A DNA stretch of 64,000 nt, taken from the NCBI RefSeq assembly GCF_009914755.1, contig NC_060930.1, one strand, 5' to 3'. The notes beneath the pieces were generated by a model. The model saw nothing but the letters and a program-made list of their open reading frames with translations, had not been told where the DNA came from and ran no database searches. Positions within the stretch are counted from its first letter, which is position 1, and each line of letters opens with the position of its first letter. Shown here piece after piece: positions 24,590 to 38,950 of this stretch. A program made the translations under genes and the position numbers. Origin of the DNA: the human T2T-CHM13v2.0 reference genome, Homo sapiens.

Positions 24590-26483
24590 AGGGTATTCTT
24601 TTGAAATTGGAGTCAGTCCTCTTAAACCCTGCCTCTGCTTTATCAACTAAGTTTATATTTTGTAAATCCTTTGTTATTTCCACAATATTCACAGGATCTT
24701 CACCAACAGTAGATTCCACCTCACAAAGCTACTTTCTTTGCTGATCCAAAAGAAGCAACTCCTCATCTGTTCAAGTTCGATCCACTTTTAATTCTCATTG
24801 TCTTGCTGTTTTTACCACATCTTCAGTTCTTTTCTCCACTGAAGTCTTCAATCCTCAAAGTCATCCCTGGGAGTTGGAATCATCTTCCAAAATATTGACA
24901 TTTTGACTTTCTCTTATGAATCGTGAATGTTCCTCATGGCATCTAAACTGATGAATTTTTTCCAAATGGTTTTCAGTTTATTTGCCTACATTTATCAGAG
25001 GAATCACTATCTATGGCAGCTATAGCCTTCCAAAATGTGTATCTTAAATAATAAGAATTGAAAGTCTAAATGTCTCCTTGATTCATGGGCTACAGAATGG
25101 ATGTTGTGTTAGCAGACCTGAAAGTAACATTAATCTCCTTGTTCATTTCCATCAGAGTTCTTGGGTGACTAAGGGCATGGTCAGTGAGCGTTCATATTTT
25201 AAAAATAATCCTTTTTTTTTTTTCCTGAGCAGTAGGTCTCCACTGTGGGCTTAAAATATTCAGTAAATCATGCTGTAAACAGATGTGCCGTTATCCAGGC
25301 TTTGTTGTTCCATTTGTAGAGCATAGGCAGAGTAGATTTATCATAATTCTTAAGGGCCAAGGATTTTCAGAATGATAAATAAGTGATGGTTTCCATTAAA
25401 GCCACCAGCTGCATTCACCTAACAAGAGTCAGCCTGTCCTTTGAAGCTTTGAAGCCAGGGATTGACTTCTCTCTAGTTATGGAAGTCCTAGATGATATCT
25501 TCTTTCAATAGAAGGCTGTTTTACCTCCTTTGAAAATTTGTTTCCTGTAGCCAACTCCCGTCTTAGCTAGATCTTCTGGATAACTTGCTGCAGCTTCTAC
25601 ATTAGCACTTGCTTTACCTTCCACTTTTATGTCATGGAGATGGCTTCTTAAACCACATGAACCAGCCTCTGCTACCTTCATACTTTTCCTCTGCTGCTTC
25701 GTCACCTCTGTTGGGCCTTCAAAGAATTGAAGAGAGTTAGGGCCTCACTCTGGATTAGGCTTTGGCTTAAGGAAATGTTACAGTTGGTTAGATCTGCTAT
25801 CTAGACCGCTCAAACTTTCCTTCATATCAACAATAAGGCTGTTAAGTTTTCTTATTATTCATATGTTCACTGCAGTAGCACTTTTAATTTTCTTCAAGAA
25901 CTTTTCCTTTGCAATCAAAACTTGGCTGTTTGGGGCAAAAGGCCAATCTCTTGACCTGCTGTGGCTTTCAACATTGCCTTCCTCTCTGAGCTTAGTCATT
26001 TGTAACTTTTTATTTAATGTGAGAGGGATGTGATTATTTCTTTCACTTGAACACTTAGAGACCATTTTTGGGTTATTAATTGGCCTAATTTTATTATTAG
26101 GCGTGTTCTATCTCAGATAATAAGGAAGGCCAAGTAGAGGGGGAGAGAGTCAGAAGAAAGGCTGATCAGTGTAGCAGTTAGAACACACATGACATTTATC
26201 AATTAAGTTTGCTGTTTTATATGGGTGCCAGAACAATTACAATATTAACATCAAAGATCACTGGTCACAAATCACCATTAACATATATAATTACAGTGAA
26301 AACATTTGAAATATTGTGAAAATTGTCAAAATGTGACACAGTGATACAAAGTGATCACATATTGTTGGAAAAATGGCATCAATAGAGTTGCTCAGCACAG
26401 GATTACCACAAGCCTTTGATTGTAGACAATGCAGTATCTGTGAAGCACAGCAAAACGAAGTACAATAAAAAGAGGTATCCCTG
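24590..26483 (-). mobile_element. Tigger1 DNA transposon (partial, decayed transposase)
   Basis: Terminus aataaaaagaggtatccctg|ta. Minus-strand peptides [41 protein letters not shown] and GEDPVNIVEITKDL are Tigger1 transposase-like. Confidence 0.9.
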
Positions 26484-27028
26484 TAGTTCTCTCTTCTGTG
26501 CAGTTAAGCTATTTTCATTCTTTCTTTGCTCAGGGACAGGACTGGTAGTGGTGACATATGGCTGTAGATTCACTGCCTCCCATTTAAACTTAAGAGTTTA
26601 TCTTAATTCTCCACTGGTGATTGGCAATTTCGACTATTTCCTTTATCTTTCTTAGCTTTCTTTTTCTCCTTCACTAATGTTTATGTTCATTTGCATTATT
26701 CTTTCTGCATATCTCAGAGAAAGTTGTATCCTACCTTTTTTAGAGACTCTTCCCATTGTTTAAGTATTTCATACTCCCTTCTGTTTTTTATTCTGCCTGA
26801 TTACTTACCCTATTTCTTTTGTCAGCAGTTTGTAGAACAAGAGAGAATTGGGGACTTGCAGTTGGAAAACCTTGGCTCTTATCCTGAGAATCAACTAACT
26901 TTTTTGTTTTAAACTGTGTATTAGTTAGGCTTAGCATTTTTTGCACATTATCTCATTAGACACACATAACAACATGTAAGGATTATTGTTCCTATTATAA
27001 GATTGAAAAAAGTAGGGTTTGGAATGAT

Positions 27029-27434
27029 AGTATTAGGCTACTCTTGCATTGCTATAAAGAAATACCTGAGACTGGATAATTTATAAAGAAAAATTTAATT
27101 GGCTCATGGTTCTACAGGCTGTATAGGAGGAAGCATGGTTCCTGCATCTGCTCAGCTTCTGGGGAGGCCTCAGGGAGCTTTTACTCATGGTGAAAGGGGA
27201 AGTAGGAGCACACAGTTCATGTGGCGAGAGAGGGAGTAAGAGAGAGAGTGGGAGGGGCCACGCAGTTTTAAACAACCAGATCTTGTGTGAACTTACTCAT
27301 CATGAAGGGGATGATCCAAACATGGATCATCCAAACACCCCATGATCCAAATACCTCTCACCTGGCCCCACCTCCAACACTGGGGATTACTTTTAATCTG
27401 AGATTTGGTGGGGACACAGATGCAAATCGTATCA
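27029..27434 (-). mobile_element. MST-family (MaLR) solo LTR
   Basis: ttgctataaagaaatacctgagactgg...ggggacacagatgcaaatcgtatca; 5-bp TSD ATGAT at 27024-27028 and 27435-27439; interrupts a MIR-like segment. Confidence 0.88.
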
Positions 27435-27475
27435 ATGATTAAGTAACAGCAATGGAGCTGAAATTTAATTTTAAT

Positions 27476-27492
27476 TTTAATTTTTATTTAAT

Positions 27493-27531
<39 letters not shown>

Positions 27532-27785
27532 TTAGCAGTGGTACGAACTCGGCTGACTGCAAGCTCCACCTCCTGAGTTCACTCCGTTCTCCCACCTCGG
27601 TCTCCAGAGTAGCTAGGACTACAGGCGCCCGCCACCACACCCGGCTAGTTTTATTTTTGTATTTTTAGTAGAGACGGGGTTTCACTGTGTTAGCCAGGGT
27701 GGTCTTGAACTCCTGACCTCGTGATTCGCCTGCCTCAGCCTCCCAAAGTGCTGGAATTGCAGGCATGAGCCACTGCGCCTGGCCT
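27476..27785 (-). mobile_element. AluS/Y-like SINE with (TTTA)n tail; distal right-arm segment missing
   Basis: ctgcaagctccacctcc...acaggcgcccgccaccac...gagccactgcgcctggcc. Confidence 0.9.
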
Positions 27786-28090
<305 letters not shown>

Positions 28091-28661
28091 TAAAGATGTT
28101 TTTAACAGAAGCAACCAATCTTCAGAACCTTTGCACTTCGGTACTAAATTATACTGTGTGAACTTAGGCAAGTCACTTAACCTCCTTTAGCTTTAGTTGA
28201 GATAATTTATGTGAAAGTACTTTGTAAATTATCAGACTTTATTTTATCCTTGTTTCCAACATTATCCTCTATTGGCAACTTCACTACTTTGCATGAAAAT
28301 ACTTGACTTTTTCCATTATTCAGAATCAAAGAATAGCCCCCATTTAGGTCTAGCTGCCTTCTTGATGTACTGCAGTTACTTTCTCTTTTCACTTGAGGTT
28401 CATTTGTGAAATATGAAAACAACTGCCATCCTCTTAAAAAAAGTCTACTTTTGTGGTCTCTGATTTTTCACCTTCAATTCAGTCTGTAACCCCTTGCATC
28501 TTAGGTTAGGTTTACTGATGCCAAATTCAAGGTCTCTTCTTCAGTGCCTGCAACAGATCACATTTTTTACCATTGCCACCCTGTCAAAGGTTTGTCTTGG
28601 TTTAGATGATACTACATCCTATTGTCTCTAACTTCTCCATCTCCTCTTCCTTCTTTTTTTA

Positions 28662-28982
<321 letters not shown>

Positions 28983-29718
28983 TAAATGTAAATATTCCTT
29001 CACTGGTATCCTTGGCTTTTCTGTTTGAGCATTCACATTTTGAATTCATCTATACTCATGAATCTAATGATTAGCTCTAGTGCCTCTCCCCTCTAAATCA
29101 AATTCGTATTTTCCCAGCTTGTATCCTGTGTTTCTGGCTATTAGTCCCCCTTGGATGTTTCATCATGAACTTAGATTTAGCATGTCCCCAGTTAAATTTA
29201 TCATCTTCCTTTCCTGTTCTTTTGATTTCCTGTTGCTGTTGATAATTTCTGTTGCCCATATAGTCATATAGACATGGTACCTTGTACATAGTTCTCTTCT
29301 AGTTCCATTCACTTTTAGTCCTATTAGCTTTACCTCCTAATCTTTATGTCTTTATCCCCACTGTATCTGTCTTGTTCTGATGCTTACTATCTTCTGCTTA
29401 GCTTTCTTGAGTACTCTAATTCTTATCTCAGTTAACCTTTCCTTCATGGAGTACTTTCAAGAGCTTTCCATTACATGCTGAATAAAGTTCCAACAACTTA
29501 CTATATGAGGTGTTTTTATAATTTGGTCCTAGCTATCTTTCTTTACTTGCTGATTCTCCATTGTGCCTCTTACAATTGATAAGTCCGAATTTTTATTCTT
29601 ACTGTGTTTTCTTGGATTGTCCTTTTGCCTCATCTTCTAATGCCCACGTTCTACAGATTCTCAAGGCCCTGCTCAAACAATTACCTTCATTAAATTGATA
29701 CTAGTCTGTCTCTGATTA

Positions 29719-30021
<303 letters not shown>

Positions 30022-30775
30022 CGAGTAGTCTTCCAAATTTGCAAGACTTGTAGTTTTATAAGAGATGTATATATAATAACTTCCTATATTTTCACTGTTA
30101 GGGTATGTACTTATTCTACCTGTCTTTGAGACTGTAAGGTTGTTTGGGTAGGATCCATGTTTTTTTTTATCTTTGCTCATAGCTCCTAACACAATGCTAT
30201 ATACATATTAGATATCTAATAAATTATTGACAAATTAATGAAAGTGTACATGTTAAAAATATATCTTAAATTCGCAGCATGTAATGTAGAAATTGAGAAA
30301 TTTTTAAGCGTTTTTTGACTTTTTTCTTACATTTTATACATACATGTTTATATTCATATGTGAAAATAAGATAATGAGACATAAGAGGAACTTAATAGTG
30401 TTAAATTTGTATATCTGACTTAATTTGCCATAAAAATTATGACAAGAGTCAAATTGTTTCTCTTTTGGATAATTCAGTATGATTTTATTTTTCTAGCAAA
30501 GTGAGCTGTTACTTGGCCTCTCACTGACTTGTATTACAAATATATTTTTTCTTTTGTTGTGGGCACAGTTTTACCCTGTATTTGTAAAAGCACACCTAAG
30601 GCACTAAAGTTTTAGAATAATTTATTTAAAGGAGAAAGATGTTTCTCCAAAGATTAAAAGTAGTACTTTACTATAATGTTAACATTATACAGTATTATAA
30701 TGTTCACTAAAAATGAACAATGAACATACAAGTGCTAAAAGAGAAACTCTAGCAATGTATTTGCCTGATAACTAA

Positions 30776-33700
30776 TTTTTTTCCATACATTATTGGGGTA
30801 GAGGTGGTATTTGGTTACATGAGTAAGTTCTTTAGTGGTGATTTGTGAGATTTTAGTGCACCCATCACCTGAGCAGTATATACTGCACCACGTTCGTAGT
30901 CTTTTATCCCTCGCCCCCTTCCCACTCTTCAACTCAAGTCCCCAAAGTCTGTTCTATCATTCTTATGCCTTTGCTTCCTCATAGCTTAGCTCCCACATGT
31001 CCATGAGAACATACAATGTTTGATTTTCCATTCCTGAGTTACTTCATTAGAATAATAGTCTCCAATTTCATGCAGGTCACTGCAGATGCTGTTAATTCAT
31101 TCCTTTTTATGGCTAAGTAGTATTCCATCATATACATCACAGTTTCTTTATCCATTTGTTGATTGATGGGCACTTGGGTTGGTTCCATGATTTTGCTGTT
31201 GTGAGTCTTGCTGCTGTAAACATGTGTGTGCAAGTATCTTTTTCGAATAATGACTTCTTTTCCTCTGGGTAGATACCCAGTAGTGGGATTGCTGGATCAA
31301 ATGGTGGTTCTACTTTTAGTTCTTAAAGGAATCTCTGCACTGTTTTCTGTAGTGGGCTGTACTAGTTTACGTTCCCACCAGCAGTGTAGAAGTGTTCCCT
31401 GATCACCTCATCCATGCCAACATCTACTGTTTTTTGATTTTTTGATTATGGCCATTCTTGCAGGAGTAAGGTGGTATCGGATTGTGGTTTTGATTTACAT
31501 TTCCCCGATCATTAGTGATGTTGAGCATTTCTTCATATGTCTGTTGGCCATTTGCACATCTTCTTTTGAGGATTGTCTATTCATGAACTTAGCCCACTTT
31601 TTGATGCGATTGTTTTTTCTTACTGATTTGTTAGGGTTTGTTGTAGATTCTGGATATTAGTCCTTTGTCAGATGTATAGATTCTGAAGATTTTTTCCCAC
31701 TCTGTGGGTTGTCTGTTTACTCTGTTGACTGTTCCATTTGCCATGCAAAAGCTCTTTAATTAGGTCTCAGCTATGTATCTTTGTTTTTATTGCATTTGCT
31801 TTTGGGTTTTTGTTCATGAAATCCTTGCCTGTGCCAATAACTAGAAGGGTTTTTCTGTTGTTATCTTCAAGAATTTTTATAGTTTCAGGTCTTAGGTTTA
31901 AGTCCTTAATCCATCTTGAGTTGATTTTGGTATAAGGTGAAAGACGAGGATCCAGTTTCATTCTCCTACATGCGGCTAGCCAATTATCCCAGCACCATTT
32001 GTTGAAAGGGGTGTCCTTTATGTTTTTGTTTGCTTTGTCGAGGATCAGTTGGCTGTAAGTATTTGGGTTTATTTCTGAGTTCTCTGTTCCATTGATCTAT
32101 GTGCCTATATTTATACCAGTACCATGCTGTTTTGGTGACTGTGGCCTTATAGTATAGTTTGAAATCAGGTAGTGTGATGCCTCCAGATTTGTTCTTTTTC
32201 CTTAGTCTTGCTTTGGCTATGCGGGCTCTTTTTTTGATTCCTAATGAATTTTAGAATTGTTTTTTCCAATTCTGTGAAGAATGATGGTGGTATTTTGATG
32301 GGAATTGCCTTGAATTTGTACATGGCTTTTGACAGTATGGTCATTTTCACAATATTGATTCTACCCATCCACGAGCGTGGGATGTGTTTTCATTTGTGCT
32401 GTCTGTGATTTCTTTCAGCAGTGTTTTGTAGTTTTCCTTGTAGAGGTCTTCTGACTCCTTGGTTAGGTGTATTCCTAAGTATTTTATTTTATTTTTTTGC
32501 AGATACTGTAAAAGGGGTTGAGTTCTTGATTTGATTCTCTGCTTGGTTGTTGTTGGTGTATAGAAGAGCTACTGATTTGTGTAGCTCTTATACCCGAAAC
32601 TTCGCTGAATTGTTTTATCAGTTCTAGGAGCTTTCTGAAGGAGTCTTGAGGGTTTTCAAGGTAAATGATTGTATCGTCAGCAAACAGTGACAGTTTGACT
32701 TCCTCTTTATTGATTTGGATGCCCTTTATTTATTTCTCTGCTCTAATTGCTCTGGCTAGGACTTCCAGTACTATGTTGAAGAGGAGTGGTGAGAGCAGAC
32801 ATCCTTGTCCTGTTTCAGTTCTCAGAGGGAATGCTTTCAACTTTTCCCCATTCTGTATTATGTTGGCTGTGGGTTTGTCATAGATAGCTTTTATTACATT
32901 GAGGTATATCCCTTGTATGCCAGTTTTGCTGAGAGTTTTAATCATAAAGGGATGCTGGATGTTGTCGAATGTTTTTTCTGCATCTATTGAGATGATATGT
33001 GATTTTTGTTTTTAATTCTGTTTATGTGGTATATCACATTTATTGACTTGTGTATGTTAAACCATCCCTGCATCCCTGGTATGAAACCCACTTGATCATG
33101 GTGGATTATCTTTTTGATATGTTGTCAGATTTGGTTAGCTAGTATTTTGTTAAGGATTTTAACATCTGTGTTCATCAAAGATACTGGTCTGTAGTTTTCG
33201 TTTTTGGTTACGATCTTTTCTGGTTTTGGTATCAGGGTGATGCTGGCTTCATAGAATGAATTAGGGAGGGTTCCTTCTTTCTCTATCTTGTGGAATAGTG
33301 TCGAAAGGATTGGTACCCATTCTTCTTTGAATGTCTGGTAGAATTCTGCTGTGAATCCATCTGGTCCTGGGCTTTTTTTTGTTGGTAATTTTTTAATTAT
33401 CATTTCAAATTTGCTGCTTCTTATTGGCCTGTTCAGGATCTCTAATTCTTCCTGATTTAATCTAGGAGGGTTGTATTTTTCCAGAAATTCATCCATCTCT
33501 TCTAGGTTTTCTAGTTTATGTGCATAATGATGTTCATAGTACCCTTGAATGATCTTTTGTGTCATTCAAGGGACCAGCAGTGGGCGGGGCCATAGAACTC
33601 CCAAGATTATATGCCCTTAGTCTTCCACTACTAGGGTGGGTAGGGAAGGGCCATCAGGTTGGGGCAGGGCTAGGCATGTCTGAGCTCACGCTCTTCTTGG

Positions 33701-34568
33701 GCGGGTCTTGCTGTGGCTGCTGTTGGGGATGAAGGTGAGATTGCCAGGTCACTGGAGTTGTGTAGCTAGGAGGAATATGGCTGCCTATGCTGAATCATGC
33801 TGGTTGTCAGGGAAGTAGGGGAAAGCTGGCAGTCACAGGCCTCACCCAGCTCCCACGCAAACTGAAGGAGCAGTCTTAATCCCACCGTGCCTCCCCCAAC
33901 AGCCCTGTTTCCAGACAGTGGGCGAGATGGGCTTGAAAACTTGCCCCAGGCTACCTGCCTTCTAGCTGCGAAAGAAAAGGGCTTGGTTCTTCCCTCGCCT
34001 GTGGAGTCTGCAAACCAGATTTGCCGCCCTACCCAGAGTTGTGGCCTGGAGGTCTCTCGCCCCGTTCAAATTGTTACAAAGTTTAGCTAGAGATTTCCTT
34101 CTCCCTGTGGAGTTTTACCCCCTGCTTCTCTGGCTGCCCTCCCTGGATCCCTGTGGTGCCAGGCAGGAATGGCCTGCTTGGGGACTCAGCAAGCTCCCAG
34201 GGCCTTTCAGCTGCTTCCTCTACCCCCCTTGTATTTTGCTTGGCTCTCTAAATTGAGTCAGATCCAGGTGAAGTTGGAAACTTCTGCAAACAGACCTTCA
34301 GTTTCTCCAGTGCGGGGTGTGTGTTCGGGAGAGGAGGGTCTCCCTTTCTCACTTCCGCAGTTGGGACACACACACTATTTGGGGTGTTTCCCAGGTCCTG
34401 CAAGAGCAGTCCGCTTTCTTCAGAGGGTCTGTCGGTCCTCTCGGGATTGCTGGTTTGTTCTTGCAGTCGGTCTGGAGTTAAAATACACAATGCGAGTCTC
34501 CGCATGCTGTTCTGTCTGGAGCCGCAATCTAGTCTTGCCTCCTGTCCGCCATGATGATCCCTGTCCAG
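30776..34568 (-). mobile_element. L1PB1-like element with both ends but a large internal deletion
   Basis: 3' end and RT-coding ORF2 remnants at 30776-33560 ([16 protein letters not shown]; [19 protein letters not shown]). 5'UTR at 33573-34561, reading gggatcatcatggcggacaggaggc on the minus strand. TSD TGATAACTAA at 30766-30775 and 34569-34578. Confidence 0.88.
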
Positions 34569-35878
34569 TGATAACTAAATGTATGTCACAAATAGCAGTT
34601 TACAAGAAGTATTGCTGATTATGCATGCAGTAGTAGCCTTCACACTCCCTACTCCCTCTTCTACCAATTTGTTTTTCTTACCGCTTTCTGTATCTTTGGA
34701 ATAAAGACTTTAATAACAGATCGGGCTGACAATGAAAGCTATCGTCTCAATCCAAATTGAAGACAGGCTTGTTGTAGTCCAGTGCTGCTAAAACATTGAG
34801 CTAATCATCATAATATTTACAGAATCATATCAAGGAAGATCCTGAAATTAATAAACGGTTCTTGAGTAGTTATAATCCTTTAGGAGATTGTGAACATATA
34901 AAAATTATACTTTTTGACTATGGCAAAGTCCTAATCGTTTAATAATGTGCTGTTTGTCGAAGCTAGCCAAAGCATGTATTGTTTATGTGCACTCTTGAGG
35001 AAGGTGATGCCATCAGGATAAGGCAAGGCCTATATATTTCCTCATGCAGGGAAAGGTTAAAGATGATCAAAATGTTATAGAATTGAGAAGAGAAATCAAT
35101 ATAAAAACCATGGGCTTTAAAGCCCTAAATCTTACCATGACAAGTCCTGTGTCACTTGTTAGTCTGGAACATTGGCATCCTGTTTAATGTCTTTGAGCCT
35201 CAACCTAGCCATTTGAATATGGCAGTATTGAATAACTCTGTGTAGTTATTGTGCAAACTTAATGAAATGATTTCCTTCTTCATAAATTCCTTAAGTTATG
35301 AATTTCCTTCTGCCTAAAGGTGGAACTATATCAAGCACCTTGACTGAATCTTAGATATATTTCTGGGCTTTAAGATATTTAATGTAGTATATACTGGTTA
35401 CAGATAAGTAAATTGAAACCAAGTCAAGTGATTTAACAATAATTATAATTATAATTAAGTATAATTAGTGAAAAACATGGAACTAAACAGGTCTCTATTC
35501 TTTTTACTGTTGTTTATGTATCCTTTGTTTAATTATAGATACATGTACATTTCTTAATTTGGTTTCAAGGATTCTTTTGTTCTTTGTAGGACTGACTGAT
35601 TTTTTTACAGCTTTAATTTTAAATGCTCACATGACTTAACATTTGTTCTGGCTGAAAGGGCTATAATTGCTTTTTTCTTATTGTAACTGCCATTTAGGAA
35701 CTTGCATTGTACTGTTGAAACTTTATTCAACCAAATTATAGCATGGGAAACTGGATTTTAGGTCTGGAAAAAAAGTCTGAAGGCTTGAAAGTATGATCAC
35801 ATCTTAATGACACAGAGTAAAATAAACTACTAAACTAAGGATATTTTATGTTTGCTCAATTTATGTTTTTTGTTTTAG

Positions 35879-35920
35879 ATGGAAATAGAGAAGCTGAAAA
35901 AAGCTGTCCTGTCTTCTTGA
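35879..35920 (+). CDS. CD2AP: CD2AP last coding exon (exon 18) with stop
   Basis: ttttag|ATG GAA ATA GAG AAG CTG AAA AAA GCT GTC CTG TCT TCT TGA = MEIEKLKKAVLSS*. Confidence 0.97.
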   Translation: MEIEKLKKAVLSS

Positions 35921-36367
35921 GTGGTGTGGACCTGGTGTTCATAATGTTCCAGGGATTCAGAAGCAACGCTATGAACTTCAGCTGACTTGTTACTTAAAAA
36001 TTGTGAATTCTGTTGTTGTGATAAATATGAGCAAATGAAGTGTAATATCTATAGAAAAGTAGAGTGAGGGTGAATTTATATATATATTTTGTTTTGCCAA
36101 TATGAAGAAAAAGAGGCCTTATTTCTTAACTGTGCTGGGATTGCAAACACTTTTTAAAAAATTGTTTGCTTGAAAATACTACTGAATATAAATAAGAATG
36201 TGCACAGTAGTTTTTTTATTGAAACTTGTATTATTTTTAAAGAGATCTATACTATAAATATGGTGATATATTTACAAGTAATCTGTAAGATATACTATTT
36301 GAGAGGGACAGATTAGCCTTTTAGTAACTATAGTCACTACTTTTTCCATAATGCATAAGGGATATAA

Positions 36368-36371
<4 letters not shown>

Positions 36372-36425
<54 letters not shown>
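36372..36425 (+). repeat. (TG)19(TA)8 microsatellite in the 3'UTR
   Basis: Directly visible. Confidence 0.96.
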
Positions 36426-36426
<1 letters not shown>

Positions 36427-38560
36427 TTTTACTTTTATCCTCTTACCGAAGGTTACACTGTTGTGCCTGTTTGTCTGCAATGCTGTTTATATTTTGGGTG
36501 ATGAAATAGGAGTTTCCTAGCTATATAAACCAGATTACTCACCCATGCATATAGTAAGAACTAATGAATAATCAAAATAATTTCATCAACTTTTAGAATA
36601 TTTTATGTTGCTTGCACTATAGGAGTCATAAAAGGAACTTAGTTAAAATATGTTGGATTGTTAAACATTTGGGGAAATATGAACTGTATTTTAAATTTGT
36701 TAGGTCTGAAGAATCTAAAACTGTTAATTTAACCCTTAACTTGTGCCTAGAAACTACAGCACATATAAAATATGTAAACACCAGCCTGTTGCTGTACTTT
36801 TCTGCTTATTTTACAGCCTCAAATATTTCTCATTATCTTGTCACTTAGTTCTTCATGTTTCTCCTTCTGACTTTTAATAATGGTAATAGGAAAACAAAAC
36901 CCAAAGCTTTTCAGAACTTCAGTGTGAGGTTTCCTATTTTGACAAGTTAACTTGTAAATACTCAGGTTTTACGATGTATAATTTACCTAATAGACCAAAC
37001 TAACTCATGGAGATATTTTGAACTATTATTTAGGTACAAACTTTATAAAGAATGTTAGTATGTCATAAAATATAACATTACAGCTTATTTAAAACCAAAT
37101 ATAGTTGAACATATTTAAAATACATTTTCACAGAATGGATGAATTAGTTGTTTCTTCAGAGTTACTTATGAACAGTTGAATGCTTTAAAATGTTCTGTCT
37201 GTAGGTAACATCTAAAACACAAGTGGGTTTATTTAAATTTTTAAAATTTGAAATTTTTTATTTGCAAAAAATTGTTTTATGCTTTATTATATCGCAAATG
37301 AGTGTCAGATTTTTGAGTACCAATGATCATGCTTCCATTTTTTTTAGTTTTAAACCACCAAACCAATATTTTTCCTTTAAATTTTAATCTTATAATATAG
37401 AAATCTTATGTAAATGAAATTTTGTCATGTTTCAAATAAAGAGAACTGAAGTAGAAAATAGAAATGCCAGTAAACAACATAATGTTTAATTTACAACTTA
37501 CATTAGGGGTTTGGGGGAATGCTAATTATATATTGAGAATATACATTAGAACTCTTCAAAATGGGCTCTTCTAATGAGGTCACTACTGAACAAAATTGTT
37601 CCCTCTTCTGTTAAATAGAATAGGTTTAAATGACTAGTCAAATGAATTATTTTCTTCTTGTTAAATAAATTAAATCTTACTTTCTTTTAATGACCAACCT
37701 TAGGTAAAACAAAAATATTGTAATCCTAGAAATTATCCTCCAGCTTTCTCACCTGAAAATCTATTGAAGTGATCCCTGGTCATCCTAATAATGGGATGAG
37801 GGAAGTTTCCAGCAGATTTCAGGCTGTTCTTAAAGTTTTTGTTGGTCATTTTCTCAATAGTACATGAAATCAAGATGCTTATGAGCATGGAAATGTATTT
37901 AAAGTTTTTGCTTGTGTCCTCCTCAGTCAGAATAGAAAAGTAACTGAAATACTCTTACCTTTCTGTCCTTGATAAAATAGTAAAGAAAACCAAACAAACC
38001 CAGGCCTGATGGGAAAAATGATTCCTTTATTCTAGCAACTTACTTTCTGTTGGTATGGGAAATGTTATTAATTTCTATTACTAAAGTTCATATCACAAAA
38101 TGATATTTAATAATAACCTTGGGGTAAATCATGAATTTTTTTTTCTACGTGTGAGTATAAAAGACAAAAGTTGAACAGCATGGAATCTCATTGCCAAATT
38201 ATTAGTGAATGTATAGTTCAGGTATTCTTTGAGACACACAGTATCATTAATTTCCGAATTGTATTTCAGTGTTATTTTTTGTTTGTGACCACTAAGCTTC
38301 TGTCTTAATACAAAGCTGTTACCTTCTACAGAATTTAAGTCTGAAGATGTAAAGAGAGAACAGGCCTTGTGTAACAGAAGATACTCTTTTTTATGCTCCT
38401 TACTGTGATCACAGAAAAATTAAAAATCCAAGTGCTCTCTAGATTTGTTGATAAACATTTTATGCTTGCATTTAAACTTGAAATGTATGAGCAGAATGAG
38501 ACAATCAGTTAAATCAGAAATGAGAAGTATTATAATGTAAAGGCCTTGTTTTGCTGTAGC

Positions 38561-38597
38561 AATAAAATGACCAAGTGCAATGACTTGATTTAATAAA
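38561..38597 (+). terminator. Tandem candidate polyadenylation signals
   Basis: AATAAA at 38561-38566 and 38592-38597; another at 37435-37440. Confidence 0.6.
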
Positions 38598-38923
38598 ATC
38601 ATATTTTAAAAGTTGCTGCTATGAATATTTTTGGCTATAAAATTTTACCCTGACTTGCTTTCAATAACTGTTACGTAATGCAGTTGATGTTGTAACCTAA
38701 CATTCCAAAAAAAAAATTGAGAGGGGGAATCTCAAAATAGTATATACTTCACTAACTTGTTTACAGGTGCTGTATTTAAAAGCATGCTTCTCTCTCAAAA
38801 AGAAAAATTAAAGGATTTTATTGCCAGTCGTGTCAGTCTTTATTGGTTATTTTTTGTTAACTTTAGCATTTGTGTATTTCAGAGTATGATGAAAATTATA
38901 TTACTTCAATTTCCAAATACAAG

Positions 38924-38950
38924 AATAAATAGTAAACCAAAAACATTAAA
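38924..38950 (+). terminator. Distal candidate polyadenylation signal
   Basis: AATAAA at 38924-38929 and ATTAAA at 38945-38950, followed by T-rich sequence. Confidence 0.55.

Noticed and set aside
33560-33573. L1PB internal deletion as a second SpIRE
   Set aside because: The junction carries an inverted templated insert rather than a clean exon-exon join.
31039-34618. Multiple ORFs up to 149 aa
   Set aside because: Broken L1 ORF2 pieces and chance frames in the GC-richer L1 5'UTR.
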